Part shown: positions 31,005-42,735 of the stretch, piece after piece
How positions within the stretch are numbered: position 1 is the stretch's first letter
Layout of the letters: each line of letters begins with the position of its first letter
Assembly: GCA_001661245.1 (NCBI GenBank)
Contig: KV454014.1
Coordinates: 1,321,989 to 1,385,988, forward strand
DNA length: 64,000 bases
DNA from: Pachysolen tannophilus NRRL Y-2460
Lineage: Eukaryota
Direction of reading: 5' to 3'
Notes under the pieces: model-generated
Told to the model about the DNA's origin: nothing
Databases searched by the model: none
What the model saw: only the letters and a program-made list of their open reading frames with translations
Made by a program: the position numbers and the translations under genes

Positions 31005-34000
31005 ATGGATTCAGATAGTGGGAATCTGAGTTTGTCTTTTGAAGAGAAGCTCAGGTTATGGTTTTATAATCATAATATTAAAAGTGTTGATCCTCCACTA
31101 TTTATTAAAAATAGGATATCAAAAGAATCAAGAAAAATATATGTTAATCTTGATTTACCACAAGAATTAATTAATCCAAAGACCAATACCCCATTAGCGA
31201 CATATCCAAGAAATAAAATTAGAACTACAAAATATACACCATTAACATTTATTCCTAAAAATTTATTTAATCAATTCACTAATATTGCCAATTCATATTT
31301 TTTATTTCTTGTTATATTAGGCGCTTTCCAAATTTTTGGAGTTAGTGATCCTGGATTATCAGCTGTACCGTTAATTGTTATTGTTGTTATTACTGCAGTT
31401 AGAGATGCTTTTGAAGATTATAAAAGAGGTGCTAGTGATCTGAATTTAAACAATTGTTCTATTCATTTATTATGTGGATTAATAAATAATAATGTTATTA
31501 TTGATCATGTTGGACCATGGAGAAGATTTAAAAAAAGTTGTTCCAAATTATTAAGAAAAAATCTGGAAATTATTAAAAAAATTAAAAAAGAAGAAAATAA
31601 TAATTTAAAAAATCCTAAAAAAAGTATTGATTCAAATAATAATGAATTAAATAGAGCTTCAACTGATTTTAAATTTTCTTTAGATACTAATAGAAGTAAT
31701 AGGAAAAGTTTACAATTTTTACCAGAAACTATTAAAAATCCAGATTTTGAAGCTTCTTCAAATGTTAAATTTTCAAATAAACGTTGGAAAGATATTTATG
31801 TTGGTGATTTTGTTAGAATTAGAAATAATGAAGAAGTTCCTGCTGATATTGTAATTATTTCAACTTCAGATTCTGAAAATGGAACATGTTTTGTTGAAAC
31901 AAAAAATTTAGATGGTGAAAGTAATTTGAAAGTTAGAAATGCTCTTGGTGCTGGTGAAGGGATAAAACATTCAACAGATTTAGCTTCAGCACAGTTTATG
32001 ATTGAATGTGAACCTCCAAATGTTAATTTATATTCTTTTAAAGGTGTTTTACATTATAAAGATTATATGAATGAAGAAAAAAAAGAATTAACTGAACCTA
32101 TAACAAATGATAACGTATTATTAAGAGGTTGTAGTTTAAGAAATACTAAATGGGTCATAGGTATTGTTATTTATACAGGACCAGAAACTAAAATTATGTT
32201 AAACTCAGGAATAACACCAACAAAATTTTCCAAAATTTCAAGAGAATTAAATTTGTCTGTCATTATCAATTTTATCTTTTTATTTGTAATATGTTTTGTC
32301 TCAGGTGTGGTCAATGGTGTATTTTATGATAAAAAAAATGATTCAAGAATATATTTTGAATATAAAGCTTATGGCCCAAATCCCCCAGCTAATGGTGTCA
32401 TTGCATTTTTCGTTTCAGTCATTTTATATCAATCTTTAGTTCCAATCTCATTATACATTTCTATTGAAATAATTAAAACGATCCAAGCTTTTTTCATTTA
32501 TTCAGATGTCAATATGTATTACGAGAAATTGGATTATCCATGTACACCAAAATCTTGGAATATTTCAGATGATTTGGGTCAGATTGAATATATTTTTAGT
32601 GACAAGACAGGTACTTTGACTCAAAACGTTATGGAGTTTAAACATTGTACAGTCGGAGGTAAAAGTTATGGAGTAAGTTATACCGAGGCACGAATGGGTA
32701 TGAATAAGAGAAAAGGAATTGATGTCATTAAAGAGGCTATAGAAATTGGTCTGAAAATAAACAATGATAAATCGCAAATGTGTAATTTGATCAATGAGAA
32801 CTTAACAGTTGAAGACCAATTTGATGATAAAGATTTAACTTTTATCAGTCCAGAGTACGTTGAAGAAATGCTATCTAACACTGAACAAGGCTCTAAAAAT
32901 GGATTTTTCATGTTTTGTCTTGCTGTATGTCACACAGTTATAACTGAAAGGAATAAAGATGGGAAGATTTTATTTCAAGCGGAGTCACCAGATGAATCTG
33001 CCTTAGTGAAGGTTGCTAGAGATTTGGGATATCTTTTTGTCGAAAGAACAAGAAATGGATTTATTTTACAAAAATTTAATGGAACCCCACAGGAAATAAA
33101 AGTTTTAAACATAATTCCTTTTAATTCTACTAGAAAGAGAATGTCTGTTATTATTGAGATAAATGAAAATGATTCGAAGAAAATATTTATGATTACAAAA
33201 GGTGCTGATAATGTGATATATGAAAGGCTAAGTCCAAATCAAGATCAAGAAGTTATTTCAAAGACAGCGTTACATTTGGAAGAATTTGCTAAAGAAGGTT
33301 TAAGAACTTTATGTATTGCATCGAAGGAGATAACAAATATATCTTACTTCAATGACTGGTTAAAAAGATATCATGATGCCAAATCTTCCATTGATGAAAA
33401 TAGAGAGGAATTAATTGATAGAATCTCTGAAGAATTAGAAAGTGATTTGATTTTGTTAGGTGGTACAGCTATAGAGGATAAGTTACAGGAAATGGTTCCA
33501 GAATCGATAAATATCCTCTCAAAGGCAGGAATTAAATTATGGGTCTTGACCGGTGATAAGGTTGAAACTGCTATCAACATTGGATTTTCTTGTAATTTAT
33601 TAACAAATGATATGAAGTTATTGGTGATTAGCAAAAGTGGGGACGATAGTGCCGATGTAAACCCAGATGAGTATGACGTTGCTACATTGATTACAAAGTA
33701 TTTGGAGCAAGAATTCAATATGGAGGGAAGTGCTGAAGAGTTGGAAATTGCCATCAAAAATCATGATTCACCTACAATTCCTTATGCATTAATTGTTGAC
33801 GGTGATGCATTGACAACGATTTTTCATGAAGATAATTCTGAATTGGCAAGAAAATTTTTATTATTGGGTAAACACTGTAAGTCAGTATTATGTTGTCGTG
33901 TTTCACCTTCGCAAAAGGCTTCGGTTGTAAAATTAGTAAGAAAGAATTTAAAAGTTATGACTTTGGCCATTGGAGATGGTGCAAATGATGTTGCAATGAT

Positions 34001-35330
34001 ACAGGCAGCGAATGTTGGTGTTGGTATTGCGGGTGAAGAAGGTAGACAGGCTGCAATGTCCTCAGATTATGCTATCGGCCAGTTTAGATTTTTAACAAGG
34101 TTAGTTCTAGTACATGGTAGATGGTCTTATAAGAGATTAGCTGAAATGATTCCTTGCTTTTTTTACAAGAATGTTATTTTCACCATGACATTATTTTGGT
34201 ATGGAATTTTTAACAATTTCGATGGTTCTTACTTATATGAGTATACTTTCTTAATGTTTTACAATTTGGCATTTACATCATTGCCTGTTATCTTTTTAGG
34301 TTTTTTGGATCAAGATGTCAGTGATACAGTTTCTTTATTAGTTCCTGAATTGTACAAAAGTGGTGTTTTAGGGTTGGAATGGTCTCAATATAAATTCATA
34401 TACTACATGCTTGATGGTTTATATCAATCTGCTATCGCTTTTTTTTTCGTTTATTGTGTTTATCACCGTGGAAATTTTTTGAATGACAATGGTTTAGCTG
34501 TTGATCATAGATTTTGGATGGGTGTTATGGTTTCCCACATTAGTGTTATTTCATGTAATCTATATGTTTTATTACAGCAGTATAACTGGGATTACATAAC
34601 ACTATTAATCAACCTGTTTTCGAATTTGATTATATTTTTTTGGTCAGGTGTGTGGTCATCAAGTCTAGCTAGTCAAGAATTTTATAAAGCTGCTAGTCAG
34701 ATGTTTGGAACTCTTGGTTTCTGGTGCTGTTTCTTTGTTGGTGTGGTATCATGTTTATTGCCTAGATTTATCTATGATAATATTTCTAGATATTGGTATC
34801 CAAAAGATATCGATATTGTTAGAGAAAGAGTTATATTGGGTGATTTCCAAAAATATCCATCTGGGTATGATCCAACGAACCTTGCAGCTGTAGAAAAATT
34901 AAGGAATAGTATTTATACAGGTACAAGTGATAATTTCTTTGAAACTAAAGACAGTTCTTCCAAGGATGAAGAAAGCCAAGTTGAGATATTAGGAGATACA
35001 GAAGAAAAACATTTGAAATTCCCTGAAAAATCAGCTGTAATAAGCAGATTTAAATCAATATCGAAATCTTTGAAAAAACCACCAAATTTGTTCAACTACA
35101 ATAATAGCAACCATAATAAAAATTCTCATGGTAATAATGATAAGAGTGATTCAGAAAATATTTCTTCCAAAGATTTACAAAGTATCAGACTTTCTATGGT
35201 TGCTAGAGGTGAATTAAGCACCACCTCTTTGGAAAGAATTCAAACTACTCATGAATTGCCAGGTCTAACACAAGCCGATTCGTTGCTAGAGAGGTATTCC
35301 ACAAGAGGAACCACTGGAAATAACACTTAA
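31005..35330 (+). CDS. P4-ATPase phospholipid flippase, Dnf1/Dnf2 family
   Basis: KNLDGES, IFSDKTGTLT, WVLTGDKVET and AIGDGAND motifs; 10-TM layout. Confidence 0.95.
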   Translation: MDSDSGNLSLSFEEKLRLWFYNHNIKSVDPPLFIKNRISKESRKIYVNLDLPQELINPKTNTPLATYPRNKIRTTKYTPLTFIPKNLFNQFTNIANSYFLFLVILGAFQIFGVSDPGLSAVPLIVIVVITAVRDAFEDYKRGASDLNLNNCSIHLLCGLINNNVIIDHVGPWRRFKKSCSKLLRKNLEIIKKIKKEENNNLKNPKKSIDSNNNELNRASTDFKFSLDTNRSNRKSLQFLPETIKNPDFEASSNVKFSNKRWKDIYVGDFVRIRNNEEVPADIVIISTSDSENGTCFVETKNLDGESNLKVRNALGAGEGIKHSTDLASAQFMIECEPPNVNLYSFKGVLHYKDYMNEEKKELTEPITNDNVLLRGCSLRNTKWVIGIVIYTGPETKIMLNSGITPTKFSKISRELNLSVIINFIFLFVICFVSGVVNGVFYDKKNDSRIYFEYKAYGPNPPANGVIAFFVSVILYQSLVPISLYISIEIIKTIQAFFIYSDVNMYYEKLDYPCTPKSWNISDDLGQIEYIFSDKTGTLTQNVMEFKHCTVGGKSYGVSYTEARMGMNKRKGIDVIKEAIEIGLKINNDKSQMCNLINENLTVEDQFDDKDLTFISPEYVEEMLSNTEQGSKNGFFMFCLAVCHTVITERNKDGKILFQAESPDESALVKVARDLGYLFVERTRNGFILQKFNGTPQEIKVLNIIPFNSTRKRMSVIIEINENDSKKIFMITKGADNVIYERLSPNQDQEVISKTALHLEEFAKEGLRTLCIASKEITNISYFNDWLKRYHDAKSSIDENREELIDRISEELESDLILLGGTAIEDKLQEMVPESINILSKAGIKLWVLTGDKVETAINIGFSCNLLTNDMKLLVISKSGDDSADVNPDEYDVATLITKYLEQEFNMEGSAEELEIAIKNHDSPTIPYALIVDGDALTTIFHEDNSELARKFLLLGKHCKSVLCCRVSPSQKASVVKLVRKNLKVMTLAIGDGANDVAMIQAANVGVGIAGEEGRQAAMSSDYAIGQFRFLTRLVLVHGRWSYKRLAEMIPCFFYKNVIFTMTLFWYGIFNNFDGSYLYEYTFLMFYNLAFTSLPVIFLGFLDQDVSDTVSLLVPELYKSGVLGLEWSQYKFIYYMLDGLYQSAIAFFFVYCVYHRGNFLNDNGLAVDHRFWMGVMVSHISVISCNLYVLLQQYNWDYITLLINLFSNLIIFFWSGVWSSSLASQEFYKAASQMFGTLGFWCCFFVGVVSCLLPRFIYDNISRYWYPKDIDIVRERVILGDFQKYPSGYDPTNLAAVEKLRNSIYTGTSDNFFETKDSSSKDEESQVEILGDTEEKHLKFPEKSAVISRFKSISKSLKKPPNLFNYNNSNHNKNSHGNNDKSDSENISSKDLQSIRLSMVARGELSTTSLERIQTTHELPGLTQADSLLERYSTRGTTGNNT

Positions 35331-35564
35331 TTTAATGAAGAGTCTTAGAATGTAAATATTTCTTTTTTGTTTTTGCTACTTGTTTTTTTTGTTTTTTTCT
35401 TTCTTTCTTTTTGTTTCAACATTAGTTTATGTCACGGATATTCATTGATTTTAAAAAATGGTTATCACTTTTATGAATGATAATATATATATATATAAAT
35501 AATATAAAATAAAGCTCAAATAGAACAGCTGATATGATATATGAGAAAGACCATTTTTTTAAAA

Positions 35565-36185
35565 CTACACATAGAATTTTCCTTCATTATATCTGTATAG
35601 ATTCTCTTTGCGCAAATGATAAACTTTTCTGCTTTGTCTGTAATCAGAAACAAATTTTGATAAATCGTTATCTTTTATGAATTCTCCAGGTTGATATTTT
35701 TGTAAAATATTGACATATAATTCATTACAAGTATTGTTAATTTCTTTAATCTTGATATTCAATAGATTAATTAAATTTTCCAATGAATAATTATTCAAAT
35801 AATTGTACATTTTTAATTCTTCAACTGACCATTGATTTTTGAATTTTAAATTTAATTTATCAAACTCTTGCAATATTAATGTATCCTTAGGTATAATAAC
35901 TTTAACCAATTTTTCTCTTAATTGAGCCAAACAATTTAAATTCTTTTCCACCTGAGTAATAACATCTTTATGGAAACTAGATAATTGTTCATAATTTAAA
36001 TCAATTAAAAAATTTAAAAGTAATTCATGATTTAATGTTAATTCTTTTAAAGTTGTTAATGGTAATGAATTCAAATAGTTTGGAATTGTACTTTGATTAA
36101 TTTCTAATATATTCAATTCTAATAACTTTTCTTTATAGTTACTACTAGTAGGCTTTGGAGGTAAAACCGGTGGAGTCTTATTCAT
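35565..36185 (-). CDS. ESCRT-I subunit Vps37/Srn2-like (Mod(r) domain)
   Basis: N-terminal PPVLPPKP; C-terminal FVSDYRQSRKVYHLRKE. Confidence 0.75.
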   Translation of the reverse strand: MNKTPPVLPPKPTSSNYKEKLLELNILEINQSTIPNYLNSLPLTTLKELTLNHELLLNFLIDLNYEQLSSFHKDVITQVEKNLNCLAQLREKLVKVIIPKDTLILQEFDKLNLKFKNQWSVEELKMYNYLNNYSLENLINLLNIKIKEINNTCNELYVNILQKYQPGEFIKDNDLSKFVSDYRQSRKVYHLRKENLYRYNEGKFYV

Positions 36186-36262
36186 ATTCAATCAATATAT
36201 TCTTTAAAAAATTATATATATATATATATATGTAATACTTTAATAATTAATTAATTATAGAT

Positions 36263-36955
36263 TTAGATTAATATTTTTTCAAAAAATTTAAAAATATCAT
36301 TTAATTCTTCATCACAAGTTGAATGTCCCATTCCCGGATAAGTCTTGAAAATATAATCGGTGAAACCTAAATTTTTTTTATAAAAATCATAGGTTTGTTC
36401 ACCAACATTGTAATTAACAACTGGATCAGCAGTTCCATGACATTGTAAAATTGGAGTATCCACATTAGCATTTTTAATAAGTTCTTTCACCACATTTGGA
36501 ATATTAACAAAACCTGACATTGCTAAAAATCCACCTATCTTATTATCCAATAATGCCAGTGATGCCAATGTTAAAGCAGCACCTTGAGAAAATCCACCAA
36601 GAAGAATTTTGTTTGGATTGATACCTTCATCAATTTGTTCTTGAATCAATCCTTTTATTATATCTATACATTTTAAAAAACCTTTAATATCTTGTTTTGA
36701 AGACAGCGATGGGTTACCTAATTCAAAAAGATCAAACCAACTAGTCATGCGATAACCACCATTAACTGTTACAGGCATTTCAGGAGCATGAGGAAATACA
36801 AATTTGACATGTTGGAATTTATCACCAAATGAGTTATGAGCATAATCTGCTAAAAATTTCCAACCAGCACCAGTATCTCCAAGACCATGTAAGAGAATTA
36901 CAACAGCAGTGGCTGGAACTTTCTTGGAAGGAATTCTTAAAGCAGAGTAAACCAT
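36263..36955 (-). CDS. Acyl-protein thioesterase 1 / lysophospholipase (YLR118C-like)
   Basis: LHGLGDTGAGW, GGFSQGA nucleophile, CHGTADPVV and GMGHS. Confidence 0.93.
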   Translation of the reverse strand: MVYSALRIPSKKVPATAVVILLHGLGDTGAGWKFLADYAHNSFGDKFQHVKFVFPHAPEMPVTVNGGYRMTSWFDLFELGNPSLSSKQDIKGFLKCIDIIKGLIQEQIDEGINPNKILLGGFSQGAALTLASLALLDNKIGGFLAMSGFVNIPNVVKELIKNANVDTPILQCHGTADPVVNYNVGEQTYDFYKKNLGFTDYIFKTYPGMGHSTCDEELNDIFKFFEKILI

Positions 36956-37411
36956 TTTTTTTTTTATAATTCAAAGATTTTCAATAATTATCAAATCACA
37001 ATATCTTGATGAATAGATTTAATTCTAAAAAAAAAAATATAGCAAAATAAAAATAATAGGTAAAAAGGGTTAAAAAAGTTGAAATAAAAGGAAATGAATT
37101 GAAAAAAAAATAATTAAATGATATGAATTTTAATTGAATTTTGAAAAGTAAAATATACAGTAATAAAAATGAACAATTATGCCGTGATGTATTCAAGGTT
37201 TATATAATGAATATATATATATATATAGTTACAAGACTAGTTCATAACATCGTAAGTTTAATGAAACCTGCTAGTTAGTATATAAACAAAGAATGGTATT
37301 AATAAATAATAAATCGTTAAAATAGTATGCAGATATAAGTGAAATCGGTAAAACCCGTTGAAAAAAAAAACTTTTGCAAATTAATTAAACTCTATCTATT
37401 TTCTTATTAAA

Positions 37412-39031
37412 TTATGTTGGTGGTTTTGGAGGAGCAGGTTTTGGAGGTGGTGGTGGTGGCGGTCTTGTTTTCAAAGGTGGAGGAGGTGCTGCAATTTTGG
37501 GTTGTGGTATGTTTGATGGAGGTGGTGGAGGTGGAAGTGAAGTGTTCTTGTTGATACCAGGTGGCACTGATGGAGGAGGATGATGATGGGGAGTAGGAGC
37601 AGCTGTAGCTGTAGAAGATACATGCGGAGCGGCTCGTGGCAATGTTGCTGGTGGTGGTAATGTTGCTGGTGGTGGTAATGTTGCCGGTGGTGGAGGTGGT
37701 ATCTTGTTGGAAGTTGTTGAGATTCCAGGTGGATTTCCTGTTTGACTTTTAATGAGATTGGATGGAGGCACTCTTGGATGTGGTGGAAGTAATAGCTGTG
37801 ATGAATGTTGCGATGAGTGTTGTGATGAATTATAATTATTTCTAATTTCTGGTTTTGGTGAATTAGATTTTGACCAAGGTGCATTTGGTAAGAAACTTGG
37901 ATTTCCAGTTGAATGATAGTTATTATTATTATTATTGTTGTTATAGCCTGCCTCAGCTTCTGCTCCACCTAAATCTTTCATAAATTGGTTGATTTCATCA
38001 TCGATCAGTTCATTTCTATAGCCGTTATTATTTCTGTGATGACAATCTCTAGCAATATGACCAACATGTCCACAAATATCACAAGTGATTGACCTGAAAC
38101 CTCTATGAGATCCATTATTAAATTTGTCTGGACATTGATATTTCCTATGTCCAGAAATTCCACAAATTGGACAAGGTCTACCATCATCTTGAGGAACTCT
38201 TAAAGTACCATTTAATACAGCCAAATCTCTTAATTGAGTTCTTTTCAATTCATTTTGTCCCTCAGGAGCATTTATAGTTTTCTCTATAACTTCTTTACAA
38301 AGTTGTACAGCTTTATTTATTTTTTCTTCTGAATCTGATGTAATTAAACAATGTAAATCATCTTCTAAATTATTTTTATCCAGAGTTAAATTTGAAGTAT
38401 TTTTACCACCTTTAACAGAACCTTTACCTCTAAGTGCAATTGTAGCACCACTTTCTTGTTGTAAATTTTTTAAAGTATTACCTCTTGGTCCTAAAAATAA
38501 TCCCATAAAATTTATATCTGGATAATCTTTAACTGGTAAATATAATTTTTCCATTGTTTTTAAAGGTTTTTTATAATTTGCAGGTGGTGAATAAAATGTA
38601 ATATTTTTCATAGCATAATCAATTAATCTATGTCTTTCATCTTCTAATTTTTTCCTGTACCTTATTTGTCTAGTATTTATTCTTTTACCATCACCATCAT
38701 ATTCTGGTGGAGGTGATGGACTTCTTAAACCATCTGGTGGAATATAATCATTAATATTTAATTTAACTGTAATCTCTTCAATTCTATAAATCGTTTGAAA
38801 CAGTAATTTTTGCTCCAAACTTAACAGACCTTGAATATTTACCGGAACATTCATAAGGTTTAAAGGTAAATTTTGTGCTTTTGATCCATTCCATCTTGAT
38901 TTATAAATATTAGCGCCACTTCCAAAACTTAAAGAATTAGAATATACCAGCTGTTTCAACTTCTTCCTTCCCCTTTCACCATCATTTTCAACCCCAAGAG
39001 CAGGAGCATACGTTCTCTTATAAGATGACAT
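37412..39031 (-). CDS. MSL5: Branchpoint-binding protein (SF1/BBP)
   Basis: RSPSPPPEYD, KH-QUA2 LGPRGNTLK, two CCHC knuckles, Pro-rich tail. Confidence 0.96.
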   Translation of the reverse strand: MSSYKRTYAPALGVENDGERGRKKLKQLVYSNSLSFGSGANIYKSRWNGSKAQNLPLNLMNVPVNIQGLLSLEQKLLFQTIYRIEEITVKLNINDYIPPDGLRSPSPPPEYDGDGKRINTRQIRYRKKLEDERHRLIDYAMKNITFYSPPANYKKPLKTMEKLYLPVKDYPDINFMGLFLGPRGNTLKNLQQESGATIALRGKGSVKGGKNTSNLTLDKNNLEDDLHCLITSDSEEKINKAVQLCKEVIEKTINAPEGQNELKRTQLRDLAVLNGTLRVPQDDGRPCPICGISGHRKYQCPDKFNNGSHRGFRSITCDICGHVGHIARDCHHRNNNGYRNELIDDEINQFMKDLGGAEAEAGYNNNNNNNNYHSTGNPSFLPNAPWSKSNSPKPEIRNNYNSSQHSSQHSSQLLLPPHPRVPPSNLIKSQTGNPPGISTTSNKIPPPPPATLPPPATLPPPATLPRAAPHVSSTATAAPTPHHHPPPSVPPGINKNTSLPPPPPPSNIPQPKIAAPPPPLKTRPPPPPPPKPAPPKPPT

Positions 39032-39676
39032 GACCTAGTCTCTCTTCTTACAATATTTTCTTGTAATATTTTCTAACGGCGCTTAATTATAATTATTATT
39101 ATTATGTTTTTACAACACTCATACAAAAAAGAGAAAAAGAGAAAAAATCTCAAAGAACACACAATTCGATCTGCCAAAAAGAACAGTAAAAAAAAAAACA
39201 TCAAAAGATCCACCACTTAACGTGTCAGTAAATTTCTTGTGAAAAAAAATAAAAAAATGAAATCTGTCAATGATGCAGTTTTCTTTTTTTTTTTTAAAAA
39301 AGTGCACGGGTCAGCAAAAAAACCTTTTGAAAATCGGAATTTGAAAAATTTTGAAAATTCGGAACTCGGGGTCTCGAGACTGTCAAACCGAGGTAAAAGA
39401 AATCCTTACTAATTTACGTGTCAATTAAGAAGATGTAAAAATGTAAAAAAAAAAACAGGAAAAAAATCTGTCATTTTTGCTTTTTTTTTTATTGACACGG
39501 TGTGACATTAAGTGTCATGCTATTTGTATATTGATATTAATTATGGGGTTTTTTTTTGCCTATTTATAAAGTAATTAGAATAAATATCAAAAAAGAAAGA
39601 ATAATAGTTATAATTGATTGATTATATCAAAGGATTTTATTTTATTTTATTTATTTTTCAATCAATCGAATTTGTG

Positions 39677-40006
39677 ATGGCTCCGTTACAGCAAGTTAGT
39701 AGACATGGTGGACCAAGCAAGTGTTTTCCTGAATTTCAAAGAGTTGTGGAATGTATGACAAATGATAAGAATGATTCTTATAAACCTTGTGAATTGTTTA
39801 AAAATGATTATATAGAATGTAGAAAACATAAATTAGAAAGGTATAAGATGTTTTTAATGAAAAATGAATTACAACAACAAGAGATTGATGAGGCAAAAGT
39901 TGGTAATCCTTATGTTAGGAAGAGACAATATTTAACTCCAAAAACTTTAGGATTAGTTGATGATGAATATGATACTGATAGAGAAATTAATTTAAATTTT
40001 TACTAA
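39677..40006 (+). CDS. Complex I accessory subunit NDUFS5/NIPM-like (twin CX9C)
   Basis: GGPSKCFPEFQRVVEC...CELFKNDYIECRKHKLE; first ATG at 39677. Confidence 0.8.
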   Translation: MAPLQQVSRHGGPSKCFPEFQRVVECMTNDKNDSYKPCELFKNDYIECRKHKLERYKMFLMKNELQQQEIDEAKVGNPYVRKRQYLTPKTLGLVDDEYDTDREINLNFY

Positions 40007-40068
40007 GAGATTATATTATTTATTTATTTATTTATTTATTTATTACAATATATTTATTTTTATTTATT

Positions 40069-42735
40069 TTAGAAATGTGCTAACATATCGTTAATTAAAT
40101 CTCTAACTTCGTAAAAACATTCATTAGGTATACCATCAATGATTAAGTCTTCATTAATTTTTTTAATTAAACATAAATCATCATTAATAACTAATATACC
40201 TTCACCTTTAAATTCAGCTTTATAATTGATATTATTTAATTTTTTCTTTAATTCTAATAATTTTAAATCACCAATTGTAATTTCTTGTGTAGTTGCTGTT
40301 GTTGTTGAAGATGAAGAATCCAATTGTTTTAATACATATTTAGGTTCATTACTATCTGTATTTGAATCATTTTTAACTAATTCTCCATATACATGACTTA
40401 TACTATAACCATCATTTAATTGTTGCCATTTAATAAATTTACTTTGTTCAAAAAGTTCATCAATTTTAATATCAATATTTGTAATAATTCCTTTAATTTC
40501 AATTTTTTTATTTTTAGTAGCAATTAATAAAAATCCTCCATCTTTATCAGGAATTTTTTCTTTAATTAATTCAATATTATTTTTTATTAAATTTGATTGT
40601 TGTTGTAAAATAGATTGTTCAGATGGTAATGATAAATTATTATTATCATATACAATGATTTTTTTAGGTTTAATCAAATTTAAAATTAATAAATAAGATC
40701 TTAAATCAACTGTACCACTTAAATCAACAAATGATAATCCACACCTTGTTCCAATATTTACCGTTGAATTCACTAATTTTTTAGGTGCAATTAATGGATC
40801 TAAAGATTCTACTAACCTTATTTCTTCTTCTTCTTGTTTAGTTTTTTTCTTTGTCTTTTTCATATTTGAATTTTTTTTATTTTTATTCAATTTATGCTTA
40901 TTCCATTTCCTCTTTCCACCATCTTCTGTTTCATTATACTCATAATCACTTTCATCACCATTATCTTCAGCCATTGTATTACTACCGTTAAGATTTGATG
41001 ATATTTTTTTAAAATTCAATTTTTCTTCTTCTCTAATAAAATCTTTAATATTAATTACTTCACCATAATCATCAAATTTCTTCTTGATATTATTACCTAT
41101 AAATGGGAAAATTTTATTTTTATTCTTATTAACTAATCTTAAATCAAAATCAAATTTTAATTCATTAATTGACAAATCTTTATTATTTTCATCAATAAGT
41201 TTACCATCTTTTGTATTACTTCCATCAGCATTAACACTTAAATTATTGGTGCCCTGGTTTTTATCATTTCCGTTATCAATGACATTATTATTATTATCGA
41301 TTGTGATGTTATTTGTTGCAACGTCATTTTTTTCATCATCACTTTCTTCATAATCATCACTTTCATTTATATTTAATCTTAATTTTTCATCATTTAAAAT
41401 TTTCAAATTTTCTTTTTCTAAATTTTTTAAAAAATTTTTATCTTTTCTACGTTTATTAATTTTTTTAATATAATCAATTAATTCATTATTCTGTAAGAGT
41501 TCAAATCTAATATTATTGAAAGATAAAATTTCTTGTAATGGAACAGCAATACCATCTTCTAATACTCCATTATTTCTTTTAAGACATAAATTTTCCCAAA
41601 TTTTGTATAATTTAAAACCTAAAGAATTTTCAAAATCACATTTTTCAGTTAAGATTAAAGTATTTTTTTCATCATCACAAAGTTTCATTAAAACATTAGA
41701 ACTTAATGATCCATCATTTATTTCTAAATCTGTAACAAACATAATTTTGGGTCCAATAAAATGGTTCAATTCATTTAAATCTTCAATTAATAAAACTCTT
41801 GAAGGATCAAAAGGAATTTGATTTTTAACTTCCCAATTTTTAATAATTTGTGGTGACATCCATTCCAACATATTTCCAGCTAAACTTAATGATTTTGTAC
41901 CAGTTTGAGATAAAAGTAAAACTGGAATTGGAGCATTTTTCAAATGATCATCAATAAGATGTATTAATTCAAAGATTCTACCTGAAATAGAAGTAGGTAA
42001 TATAACTGTACCACCTCTACTAAGGGTAAAATCTATTAATTTTAAAAAAGTTTCAACTTTTTTTTTATAAGATTGTAAAGATCCTAAATTTGATGAAGTT
42101 ATTATTGATGTTGGTCTTAATAATTGAGGTAATGGAAGTCCATTATTTTGTTGTAAAAAAGATGATGCATTTAAAAAAGAATCTCTTGAATGATTAAAAA
42201 CTGGGGAATAAATGATTTTTTCATTTGAATTATTTAATAATAACCAAAATGAACCACCTAAAGTATGACCTGAATTAAAACAAAAAATTTTAAAATTATT
42301 TAAATGTGATAAACTTATAGATTGACCATGTTTTAATAATTGACAACAATTATTAAAACAATCATCTAAATCATCCAATTCAATTAAATTATTATTAAAA
42401 GGACCAATAAATCCAAAATTTTTATATAATTCAATTATAGCTAATTTACCTAATTGAGATATTGGTAAAGTTGTATAAATTTTAATCCTAGATAAAATCA
42501 TTGGAAATTTTTTAAAAATTAAAGGTAATGATCCAAGATAATCTATTGTTGAATGAGAAATTATTATAAAATCAATAGTCGGTATAATTGGATCTAAAAA
42601 TGATAAATCAGTCTTACCATCCCAACCTGGATCAGCCAATATTTTAATCTTAGTATTGGTTGATTCATCTTCAAAAGTTAATAAACAAGTTTTAATCGAT
42701 GATTCCTCAGGCGACAAAAGAGTAAACGTAAACAT
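40069..42735 (-). CDS. CFT2: Cleavage/polyadenylation factor CPSF100
   Basis: KILADPGW, NSGHTLGGSFW, LEWMSPQI and DDYGEVI; inactive metallo-beta-lactamase/beta-CASP layout. Confidence 0.93.
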   Translation of the reverse strand: MFTFTLLSPEESSIKTCLLTFEDESTNTKIKILADPGWDGKTDLSFLDPIIPTIDFIIISHSTIDYLGSLPLIFKKFPMILSRIKIYTTLPISQLGKLAIIELYKNFGFIGPFNNNLIELDDLDDCFNNCCQLLKHGQSISLSHLNNFKIFCFNSGHTLGGSFWLLLNNSNEKIIYSPVFNHSRDSFLNASSFLQQNNGLPLPQLLRPTSIITSSNLGSLQSYKKKVETFLKLIDFTLSRGGTVILPTSISGRIFELIHLIDDHLKNAPIPVLLLSQTGTKSLSLAGNMLEWMSPQIIKNWEVKNQIPFDPSRVLLIEDLNELNHFIGPKIMFVTDLEINDGSLSSNVLMKLCDDEKNTLILTEKCDFENSLGFKLYKIWENLCLKRNNGVLEDGIAVPLQEILSFNNIRFELLQNNELIDYIKKINKRRKDKNFLKNLEKENLKILNDEKLRLNINESDDYEESDDEKNDVATNNITIDNNNNVIDNGNDKNQGTNNLSVNADGSNTKDGKLIDENNKDLSINELKFDFDLRLVNKNKNKIFPFIGNNIKKKFDDYGEVINIKDFIREEEKLNFKKISSNLNGSNTMAEDNGDESDYEYNETEDGGKRKWNKHKLNKNKKNSNMKKTKKKTKQEEEEIRLVESLDPLIAPKKLVNSTVNIGTRCGLSFVDLSGTVDLRSYLLILNLIKPKKIIVYDNNNLSLPSEQSILQQQSNLIKNNIELIKEKIPDKDGGFLLIATKNKKIEIKGIITNIDIKIDELFEQSKFIKWQQLNDGYSISHVYGELVKNDSNTDSNEPKYVLKQLDSSSSTTTATTQEITIGDLKLLELKKKLNNINYKAEFKGEGILVINDDLCLIKKINEDLIIDGIPNECFYEVRDLINDMLAHF

